Shown: positions 37,286 to 48,099 of the stretch, piece after piece | Layout: each line of letters starts with the position of its first letter | How positions within the stretch are numbered: the first letter of the stretch is position 1 | Position numbers and translations under genes: made by a program | The notes under the pieces: generated by a model | Database searches by the model: none | The model's input: only the letters and a program-made list of their open reading frames with translations | What the model was told of the DNA's origin: nothing | Assembly: GCF_023055435.1 (NCBI RefSeq) | Contig: NW_025964361.1 | Coordinates: forward strand, 18,662,001-18,726,000 | Source: Haliotis rufescens | Taxonomy: Eukaryota | Direction: 5' to 3' | DNA: 64,000 bases

Positions 37286-38405
37286 TCATATAAAAACTCT
37301 GACTAAGACAATGACAATTGCTTTGTGAAATTTATTACGCCCATCTGACTATATTTGGAAGAATAAGAATGTAAATGGACAAATAATTAGATGCTTTTAA
37401 TGATGTGATGTCTTCTCTAGTCAGAATATATTCTTTATACTGTGACACATGCCTCCCGAAACAAAGGTACTTACAGACACAAGTGCATACATATAATTGG
37501 TTTCAAAATGATTTTATATGCAATCAAAAGTAGTTAGGTCTATTCACAAAGCATATTAAAGCTTATTCAATAACATAAGTGTAAGACGTTTCCTCTCAAA
37601 ATTCTCGAAACAAACTTTCGAACTTTCAAATTGATGATGACTAGAGTGAGTTAAAGTCATTGTTATTTGTAAGATATTTTTTATTAGTTTAAACAATATT
37701 TATTTCTTCTTTGCATGCATAAAACAACATTTTAAATTTTTTGATTCGTTAACAATTTATTATTATCTACACCTGGGTAGATTCTAGGAACTCCCCGATT
37801 ATACCCCCTGGGGGTAGATTCTGGGTAGATTGGCACCTGAGAATGGCTTGAGACATTTCTCAGTCATTATCAACCCAGTGGGTTTTAGGAGTCTGTAGTG
37901 TATCCCTTCCACATCAATGTGTTGGCAATTGAGAGGTCAATCTGGCAGTTTACCTCTCTCTCAGTTGAAAAGGTGAACCTATTGCAGTTGGACAATGCAG
38001 CTAGCATGGTCTTTGTTTGGTGTCAGACAGTTCAAGGGTATACTCTGAAGTGGGGTAGATTTTGGCAGCTTACACTGGTCTCAATCCTCAAACCTCTGAA
38101 GAAGATAACTTGAGACCTCAACTGCCCCCTTGTCCAAGAAGAATTTCCCGAACTGCAGCATACCAGTGTCGGCAGTCAGTTTGACAAGTAGGGAAAGGAA
38201 CTGAATCCATTATCTCTGACATGGACAAGACTCATCAAATCCATCGCTGCAACTCTACCCAGGATTGGCACTCACAGGGAAACCAAACTTTGACATTTGT
38301 GAATTGTGAACTTGAAAGGTTTTTGCTATTATGTAGCGAGTTGAGATAACTTACTGATTGGTACATTTTTCTGAATTTTAGCTATCCATATTTCCTTGTT
38401 AATAA

Positions 38406-38560
38406 GGGTGGCCCAGTCGTCTAAGGCGGCACGATTCGCTGTGCAGAGTTGCATCCCTTAGGCACGCCAGAAACCTATGATTGTGGATTCGAATCCTGGT
38501 TTGCCCCGATTATGTTTCTAGGTTTGTCAGCACCATACCCGTGCTCGTGGATTTCACTGA
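38406..38560 (+). mobile_element. tRNA(Leu/Ser-like)-derived SINE head
   Basis: GGTGGCCCAGTCGTCTAAGGCG A-box region and GGATTCGAATCC B box (38485-38496) with long spacing; no acceptor stem. Confidence 0.5.
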
Positions 38561-41488
38561 AGTGGTAAAGCTTTGAGAAAATAACAGTGTAAAAGCATGG
38601 TCACATTACAAAGGTCAAAACAAGACCAAACTGAAAAAATATGAAAAATGGACCATATGTACTGAATCCAACTACTTACTAAATATTCATTATATTTTGA
38701 ACAAACATGGCTGACTAATGGTCACAAATAGGTTTTCACAGATGGCTGCCATGGTGGCCATATCAAAAATTGGATTTGGACTTCTTGAACAAATGTGGTG
38801 TGGCGGGAACAAGCAGCTCACAGATGATGACACTGATGTTGGACCAACAAAGGTTGAATGACATCACTTCCGGTTGAGCAAATACATATGCATTGCAACT
38901 GTAAAATAGAAAGTGACACGGCCATAGCTACATTGATAAGTAAGTTGCATGCACTTCCAGTTGAATGACTTCACTCCAGTTTGGGAAAACTCATGCCACA
39001 ATACATGGATTTTAAACAGCTTAGTAGACCACAACCAAGATCAGAACCACTTTTTAAATACAAATTCCAATAGTCTAATAATAGTGTAATATTAACTATT
39101 CAAGTATTTAAACTGAAATCTAACTAGAAATAGTGTGACTACACAACCAAGTGCTAGAGTGTGAGACAGCTATAAAACAAGTGTTCACCCTTGAAGACAG
39201 GAAAGAAGTGAGGATTTTCCCGCCTTTGTGTACAATTAGCTATTATGTTATTAGATGTTATTACGCAAAATAAATTGTTCTGCATAGATGACAATAAAGA
39301 GGACTTCTGTTGAAAATCTGAAAATTAAGTTCTTGTGTGGTTGCAGCCAAAATATAGTAAACTGGAAATGTTGTAATAGAGGTAGAGGATTTTGTAAGCA
39401 TTATGTTGGTTCAATATCGCTACTGGTGAAAGAACAGTTTGATAACTGCTGAGCAATGCTACCAGTTGTTTTTTTAACCACATGTGCAATTTTACTTGGC
39501 AATTTTATCGAAACAAGGCAGAGCATCTCTGAGGACAAATGCTTACTATTTTAAGATTACAACCAATGTGCTTTAGCATTTTTATTTGGGATATAATCAT
39601 TCAAATAAATGTCAAAATTTCCTGATGTGTAAGTTATGAGAGTAGATTTGGGAAATGGTAATGTAAGTTTAGTGACATATGTATAAATACAGCAGAGATA
39701 CAGTGGAAATAGGTATTTTGAGGAAAAAAACCTATTGTCATATTCTTTAGAAAGGCCTCTCAGAATCAGCCATAGAACAAAGTAATATTCCATTTGTTCC
39801 ACAGGAGGACAATGCGGACTCCGACGTAAGCATTCACAAAATGCTGGTTTACAGATAACCACGATGATGATGTGATGGATATTCCTGGCCCTTGAGCTCA
39901 TCGTAATGCCACTGAAAATGTCGGGCAGTTCATGAAGGACAATTTAATGTTGCAAAGTTGCAGCCTGAAAGTCTTGAGTGATGTAAGGACACGATCAGCA
40001 ATCATGGACACGATGGTTGAATCTACCCATATCTACCATAGACAGTTTAATGACGAGTGTTTAATGACAAGTGCATCGACAAACAAGGTGCTCTCACTGA
40101 CTATTAATATTGTCCTTGTGAAAGAATGGAGACATAAACAGCTTATCATATAAACAAAATGAAATATATAATGCATTTCTTTAAAAAACAATTCTGTCTG
40201 AAAAATTCCATATTTTTTTCACAACACTAGATAAGGATCAGACATGGAAAATTATGTTATTTAAAACAGTGTTATATGTTACATCAGTGCTGTTACCAAC
40301 TTTATGTGGCAATCACAGTAAAATGTGAGGGATTTCCAAATGGACACAAGCTAAAATAGCCCGCAAATTATAGTATTGTGCATTTTAGTCAAAACATCAT
40401 ATGTATTACTGAATTTTACTACATGAGTTGGGTGTAACGCAGCTTCAAGAATATGCCAACTAGTTAGTTATACTAATTGCATAAGGACCCCCATTTTGAG
40501 ACCAAGTCAATGTTGTCATGGATGGATGCATGGACAGTGTCCATTTTAATAACCCCGCTTAATGTGTTAATTAATTACAACTTACTAGTGATTTCATGTT
40601 ATCCTGATGTCTAAATGGTTATACATAGGTTTGTTTTATGAGTTTAATTAAGCAACAATGACATTTCCTTCCATCATTTTATGCACTTTTCACTTTTTGA
40701 ACATTTGTATATAACTTCCCTGTACCATGCTTGATTTCCCACGTGTTATTAATATTTTAATTTACCATGCTTTTTGATGTTGCCTTACCCCAGTCCACAG
40801 GTACAGCAAAACTACTTTGTGTCTGGTACTTTAATTCTTCACATGACTTCTTTTGCAAAATATATTATTCATTTTCGCAAAATAACTATTCATACAATTC
40901 TAATTTACATTTTACTTTTTATTTTATGAAATTCTACCACAGTGCTTTGGCTAATTTTGCCTACTTTAGCCACTCTGCATCTCAGCTAGCTACTACATTG
41001 TCAATAACCATATGCATATTGAAAGATATTTTCATGCATGACTTATTTGTTTACCCACCCACCTGACTTTTAACAAGTCTCATCTTCATGTCATCATTTA
41101 TTACATTTCCTTACTATATTTTTATTATATAATTGCCTTTAATGTTCAATAAAATTGGGGACTGATTGCTGGTTTGGGCCTCAAAACATTCTCCTATAGG
41201 AGAAACTGTTTTGCCCTGCCCCCCCCCCCCCCCCCTCCCCCCCAATTTCTTTAAGTACCTGGCATTCTAAGGGTTAACAGGGACACATCCAGAGTGTTGT
41301 CACTTAGCCCTAGGGTCATTGGCAATCAGCCCCCTCAACTGCACAATCTTGTACATATGTCAATAAAAATATGATTCCATGTATTCATTGTTTTGTCATT
41401 GTTTGCACAAACGTAATGAACCAAGCAGTGGTGCAGTAAATCACTACTGATCATGTGATGAAGGTCAACCAAATTCAATTAGTCCTAC

Positions 41489-41739
41489 TTGCTGTCAGCG
41501 GCTGTTTGTGTTGAGCGTGTGTGGTCTTCTGGTTTGATCTTTTGCTGATAGACTGTCGAAGAGATGAGCTAGATCTCAACCCATTTGAAGACAATGGGCA
41601 TGTAGAGGGAACCAGAGACTGCTTTTCCTGGGGTGGAGCACTCTTTGGTCGTGGGAGGGGAAACTTTGGACAATACATATCTCTTGTATTGTCAGGATGT
41701 CCTGTTAAGGATTTGTCTATGCCCGGTAACTGGTTTTCA
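41489..41739 (-). CDS. VWA3B: Internal coding exon of VWA3B-like gene (first of 5 in window)
   Basis: Acceptor ttcattgcag and donor gtagga; 251 nt, phase 2 to 1; ENQLPGID...PRPKSAPP...QPLTA; splices in frame to the 34238 exon (A+GT=Ser). Low-complexity peptide, so support is mainly phase continuity. Confidence 0.65.
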
Positions 41740-42448
41740 CTGCAATGAATAATAGATATGAAAATATCATCATCAATATATAACATAAGAGATATGAGCT
41801 GTACATCTTATCTTGTTCTGACAGGACATCTCTACTGAGGAAGACAGATACAACTGGTGAAAAGAAAGAATATTAGGAATTTGTTTGTGTGCTGAAACCT
41901 ACTGAATAATAGCCACATGCCAGATATCATAAAACAGAGACACAAGGCTCTGTAGCTCATTAGACATTTCATGATACTTCAATCTATGAACCTAAAGAAA
42001 ACTTGGTGCAAAAGATTCCATGGAAAACATCATTTAGAACACTGATTATCATTGACACAAAGTTTAAGACCTGTGCCCAATGGTTCTTAAGAATAAATAT
42101 TATTTGAACTATTGTAAAAATTGATTTAAAACATCAAAATTACTTCCACAATAAAAACACATTGATTTGAAAATGGGTTTGTGTATGATTCCTGCTATAA
42201 ACTAAATTTCATATGAAGCTACAACACTGAAACAAATGACCATCATTTATTGCCACATGCACACACATCATAGTAATGAATGGAATGACAGGATATTCAG
42301 AAGTTTCCAAGCATGAATTCCGGATTTGATACTAGAGTCAACCTATTGTAGGTTTCAAATGCATTTCTTGATGTCCTTGGGTCTAAAATTTACAAAGGTA
42401 AAGCATTTAAATTTGTAAATTTCCAAATGTTTCCATACCTAAGAAATA

Positions 42449-42783
42449 CCGTATTCGACGTAATAAGCGCCCAGGGCGCTCTCAAAATTAGAAATAGGGG
42501 GCTCTTATTAGAATATTATTTTGAGTTGAAAAATCGTAAATTTCGTTGTTTATGCTGACAGCCTGAAATGTTTATATACGACAGAAATATGTTTTCCATG
42601 ATTTAATTGCCCATAATTAAGGGTGCATATAACATACGAGCACGTATTATACACAAATAAATAAGTCTTGTGTACGTAAACCACTTGGAAGGGGTGCTAA
42701 TTGAGATTGATCACTAGCCAATATATTGGCAAATATCGCCGTGGGCGCTTATTAGAGCAGGGCGCTTATTACGTCGAATACGG
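42449..42783. mobile_element. MITE, pogo/Tigger-type, TA TSD
   Basis: Perfect TIRs ccgtattcgacgtaataagcgccc / gggcgcttattacgtcgaatacgg flanked by TA. Confidence 0.9.
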
Positions 42784-42814
42784 TATGTATCATTTTGGGT
42801 ATCAAGTCAATGTA

Positions 42815-44298
42815 TACTTAACCGCAAAAGAAACATCACCATGGATAGATATATGAGAAACCTTATTTGTCCAAACACTGTAAACATATTAAATTGTAGA
42901 CATATTAAAAAGATGATACTTGGCAAAACTGATCATCAAGGTTGGAATTATAGAGACAAATGTTCTCAAAGTGAAACACAACACTAGTCTCTGAGAAAAT
43001 GGCATCACAAGTCAGTATCTCGTGTGTCCGCCATGTGCATTGATGACTGCCACGCAACATCGATACATGGAATGGATGAGGTGGTTGATGAAGGCCATAG
43101 GCACTTGAGCCCACACTCTGAGGAACGCCTGATGCAGTTCAGCTGCAGTTGTCGGCCTTGGTCAGACGTCATTCAGCCGTCTTTGAATTTCGTCCCACAG
43201 GTGCTCAATGGGATTTAAATCGGGACTGAGGGCAGGCCACTCCAGGGTTCTGATGCCATTCTGCTGGAGGAAGTCTCTTGTTGCTCTCGTAGCGTGGGCA
43301 CCGACGTTATCATGCTGAAACTCGTGGTTGCGGTGATGTCAAAAATGAGGTATGGCGTGTGGTCTCAAGACTTGATCAACGTACCAAGCTGCCGTGACAC
43401 CACTGCCTCTTCCTGGACCGATGTTCAGGAAGACCACAGGACCAATTCCACCCCACACCATGATGCTCGGACCATCTCACGAGTCTCTCTCAACAACACA
43501 AGCATCTGAAAAACGTTCCCCACAGTGTCGCCAGACTCTCTCTCTCTCTGCCATCTGCTGTTGGGATACAGTAACAGCTCTCGTCTGAAAAGAGGAATCT
43601 TCCCCACTGCTGGTGGAGCCAATGCTGGTGCCGTGTTGCCCACTGAATACGGTCCCGGCATTGACGTGGCGTCAGAATGGGTCCTCGGTGTGACAGTGGA
43701 GGTGTCTGCTCGTCAATCGTCGACACATGGTGTACGCACTAATGTGTCGCTGGTGTGTCACCATGGTCTGTCGAGCAGTTTCCACAGCAATAACAAAGCG
43801 ATCTTGAAGATGCTATCACACAATCTGACGATCCTGACGCCGGGTGGTGACCCTTGGTCTTCCATTACGTGGTCGGTTATCTGTAGTGTTGGTGGTCTGG
43901 TACCATTGCTGGAGCCTGTATATAGTCCTTACATGGACTTGAAATGCATTGGCTACTTGCCGGGCGGTTTGTCCAGCTTGCAATTGTCCAAGGCCTTGGT
44001 GTAGCTGATTTCTTGTGAATCTTGGCATGTGGTAGCAATTCAATAACGAATGAATGTTATCCGATCTGGGTGGATTTGTTTAGGGCAAGAAATGGGGGAA
44101 CGCGTGTGCATTTCAATTTGCACTGAACTCACGTGCATCGGGTAACCATGGCCGTTGCCGTGATGCGTTTGGGCGATCCGTTTTATTATAAAAAAATAAT
44201 GTTAAATTTTAGAAACTTTGACAAAAATTACACAGATATTTAAATGACAACTTTTCATGCAATGTTACTTGGGGTGATGTTTCTTTTGCTTTTCAGTA
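42815..44298 (-). mobile_element. Full-length Tc1-like transposon with decayed transposase
   Basis: Both TIRs (gcaaaagaaacatcacc / ggtgatgtttcttttgc) with TA; MPRFTRNQ..HTH start at 44028, GRPRVTT, FLFSDES, HDN, SPDLNPIEHLWDE; stops and frameshifts. Confidence 0.92.
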
Positions 44299-44516
44299 TA
44301 TATAAACAGTTGATATATGTTCATACTACCGGTACTAAAATAAGATTATCATACATGTTTCCACCAGGTGAAATATTGACTTCACATTGCTTATTTCACA
44401 TATGATGATGCTTTTATCATCAAGTCTTGTATGGCCTCATTAACCTTATAGCTCTTCAGGACTGGCTAAGCAAAACACAATTGTGCAAGCTGACACATTC
44501 CCATTAGGGCACCAGT

Positions 44517-46279
44517 CAATCTCATTAAAATCAGATCTTTGTTCTCACTACCGCTAAAGAAAGATCTGAGGACATCCCATTACGGGTCACGTCAGACCGA
44601 CCTTGCGCGAACTTTGACCGACCAATGGAATGACCAATCAGAAGGCAGCTTTCTCGTGCTTTACGGCACAAATTTCAAATTGGCGACTACGCTTCGAAAC
44701 ATACGAGGGGTGTTCATTAAAGATTTCCCCTGACCCACTTCCAATGGACCTAGTGGAATGAAACTTGGCATAGGTATTAGTCTTTCTCCACATAGGAACC
44801 ACCAAGAGTTACACACTTCTCCCATCGTTTTATGCAACTATGGATACCTCGCTTGTAAAGCCCTCATTTTGCGTCTCAAATCAGGACTTGACTTCAGAAA
44901 TCAGTGTTTCATCATCTGTGAAACGTTTTCCCTTAAAAAAATGACTTCATGGTTGGAAAGAGGTGGAAGACAGATGGTGCAAGGTCAGGAGAGTAAGGAG
45001 GATGTGGAAGGATTTCATAGCCACAGGACTGCGCTTCTGTCTGGGCAACATGAGAGTTGTGTACTGGAGCATTGTCTTGCAGGAGACGGACACCCTTGGT
45101 CAGCATGCCACGCCTCTTAAGCTTGATAGGGTCCCGCAATTTCCGCAGCAGTGAAGCATAATAAGCTCCTGTAATTGTGGTACCCTTTGCCAAGAAATCC
45201 ATTATCACTACTCCGTGCTGGTCCCAAAACACCGTGCGAATGACCTTGCCTGCAGAGGGTTTGACACGTGCCTTCTTTGGGGGTGGTGACTCCACATGAT
45301 TCCATTGCATCGACTGAACTTTAGTCTCAGGATCATAGTGATGGACCCATGTTTCATCCTGTGTGATAAGTCTTTGGGCACATGTCCAAAAGATCCTTTG
45401 AGCAATTGACTCGTTCCTGCTTTTGGAAAGGTGTGAGCAACCTGGGAATCCATCGTGCAGACACCTTATGCATGTTCAAATTGTCATGGATGATTTTTTC
45501 CACAGACCCTACACTGATCTTGACATCTTGTGCTAACTGGTAAACAGTTATACGTCGGTCTGCCAAAATGGCGGTCTCCACTTGATGGATAGTGTCCTCA
45601 TCAATGGCTGAATGGGGGCGACCAGGAATGGCAGCTGTTTCCACAGATGTCCGACCACACTTGAACTGGCGATGCCAGTGTTTAACAACGTCATATGATG
45701 GGGCATCTTCCCAATAAGTTGCTTTCATTTCATCGAAAGTTTCTTTTGGTGTGCGACCTTTCAAATATAAACACCTAATCACTGCTCGGTATTCTACTGG
45801 CTCCATTGTCACACCCTGCTCGATCATAACACCTGTAAAAGGGGAAAGATTAATAGTTCGGTGCTGCAAATTCAGACATAACCCATAGATACATGTATCA
45901 TTACACATGTGAAATTTCAACCAAATATGATAACCCTAAGTGGTTTAGGGGAAATCTTTAATGAACACCCCTCGTATTTTAGCAAATTCTCGATTACAAA
46001 TTTGAAACCTGAACAAAAAAAACATTCTGGAATGGCTAATAGATGGTCTAGATATTAAGGATTCAGTCGTTAAACCCGTAATTATCGTTCGGAATACCCC
46101 ATGTTAAAGTTTTCGAGATTGCATGATTAGAAATCACATTCTGACTGTCACTTTCATAATCTGGTAAGCGACGAACTGATTGGTCGGATGAAAGGTCGTT
46201 CTGACGTGACCCCTAATGGGATGTCTTCAGATCTTTGTTTAGCAGCAGCAAGAACTAAGGTCTGATTTTAATGAGATTG
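44517..46279. mobile_element. MITE (CAATCTCATTAAAATCAGA family) carrying a nested mariner
   Basis: TIRs caatctcattaaaatcaga / tctgattttaatgagattg; perfect 9-bp TSD ggcaccagt (44508-44516, 46280-46288). Confidence 0.93.
44704..45974 (-). mobile_element. Full-length mariner element (1271 bp, irritans-like), frameshifted transposase
   Basis: Perfect 28-bp TIRs cgaggggtgttcattaaagatttcccct, TA TSD; ATG at 45806 (MEPVEYRAVI), SARWIPRLL, DETWVHHYDPE, QDNAPVH, HPPYSPDLAPSV (third catalytic D replaced by V); small deletion near 45370. Confidence 0.95.
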
Positions 46280-47689
46280 GGCACCAGTTCAATCATTTCC
46301 CTTCACCAGATTGCAACCTCTTCAGATAATAGTGAGAGGGAGAGTGAAAGAGTTGATTGGGATCACACCTACGTCACAGCATTTGAAATATAAAAAGATG
46401 AAGATCTTGTACAGATATCTCTCTCCCCTCCCCAATGGGTGATTGGAAAATATAGTGAAAAACAAGACACCTCATAAGCACATCACAAATACATGCGCAC
46501 ACACACGTGCTCGGCCCACAATATGGTAAAGAGCTGTGCTAGCCTTGACATATTCATTGAAATCAAGCTTCAATCTAATCATACATAATTGTTCATCAGT
46601 TTTCAGTGCAAATATTTAACAAATGTAATCATGCGTAGAACGTAGATATGGTTCATGGTATGTATTTGACCAATTTAACAATAGAGAAGAATCTTCAAGA
46701 TGAATAGATGCCATCTTTACTGCTATTTCTCAGTTATATGTCATCCATACTCACATAAAAGAAAATTGTAACATAAACTAAACACTATTAATATAAAACA
46801 GGTGAATGTTATGTTGTTTTGCAGAGTATCTAGTTTACTACACATAAAAGTATAACAGTAAGATGACATGCGATCTTTCTGCAAAGAATGCAAATCTAGT
46901 CATGTTACGAATGAAGTAGTAAATGTTACCAACAAAGGTCAAAGTACAAAACAAATTGACACCATATGAAAGGAAACACTAAAGAATGTCAGTGCAAACA
47001 AAAGGACATCAAAGCTAAAGGAAAACTTGACAATAAAGAATGGCGCTGCAATTCTGATTTGAATCAGCTTCTTCCACTGATCGAGTATATAAAAAGCATG
47101 CAATATGCAACACGACAGTGAGGTGCACAATTTATTACGTCATTTCTTGTGCACCCTCTGTGTGACATCATATATACATGACACAGGTACCCGAGCAGTA
47201 ACTTTGGACTCATCCCTGCCCAAACTGGCAAGGATGGATGTAACAATGTTCAAGTTTTACACAACCCACTATCTAAGAGACAGGTGAAACTAAACATTGA
47301 CATTTGTGATGTTTATTTAGTGCTATTTTGACATGTTCAACATATTCATTTTTGAAGGGAAACAACACTCCAACTTTAAGTCTTCTAGCCTGGGCCATTT
47401 TAATGAGCCTGCATAATCACCAGAAGCCAGTAAGCACCAGCAAACCCAACAAACTGGGTTTCTGACCAGCGAGGGGCCAACTGGAAAACCTTGTTGACAG
47501 CGAGGGTTAATCCAAGCATTTGACTAGATGATGCTTACTATAACCTTTCACCTTGCAAATTCATCTGCATTTGTAAATGTGTATGAACAGTCATGTAGTT
47601 TGGTATACAGAAAATATGTGTACATATTATTTTTGTAACAATGAAATTCAGTTTATATACAGAGCAGCCAAAATCCTTAGTTTCTTCTC

Positions 47690-48085
47690 ATCCATGTTTC
47701 ATGGTATAACTCTCCACCTGTATATCTGTCATCATTCACTTGATGCTCAGTTAATGGCTTTATTACAGGTACAATTAGTGGTAGAACTACTAAGATCACC
47801 TGAGAAAGACAGAAAAATATCTCAATAACGTTCACCGCCGCCTAAAGTATGAGGGTGTCAAAGGAATAAAGCACTCAGTACTTCGCATTGTGTCTGGGGT
47901 AATTATTTAATACACAATTGGGTCATACATCCAGGTCTGATGTGGTGAGTGTACTACATTTTATGTAATATGCCGGTGGCAGCCCTGCAAAAGAGGAATC
48001 ATCAGTAGAGTTACAAAAGACATCAATCAAAGGATAACCAACAATACGTCGATTGATTAATCACTGTTATCTTGTACAATGTGGA
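47690..48085 (-). repeat. Diverged copy of internal sequence of the 26224-28677 element
   Basis: cattcacttgatgctcagttaatg and attaatcactgttatcttg match 27545-27870 in reverse complement. Confidence 0.75.
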
Positions 48086-48099
48086 AAAGTCTTTATATA

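Larger units (their letters stand above)
35912..38070. mobile_element. Composite unclassified TIR element
   Basis: Termini agctgccaatctaccc (35912) and gggtagattttggcagct (38070); contains a LINE fragment, a MITE and an inverted copy of its own left end. Confidence 0.6.
35300..38300 (-). mobile_element. DIRS RNase H remnant split by an insertion at 35912-38070
   Basis: FHINVLAIERSI...LLQLDNAAS on the left; the sequence after 38070 rejoins it as a degenerate IETDAS..GW motif across an AGCT site. Confidence 0.55.

Noticed and set aside
39820-40130. Tc1 transposase C-terminal remnant
   Set aside because: Only a faint resemblance to the SPDLNPIEN region; too degenerate to call.
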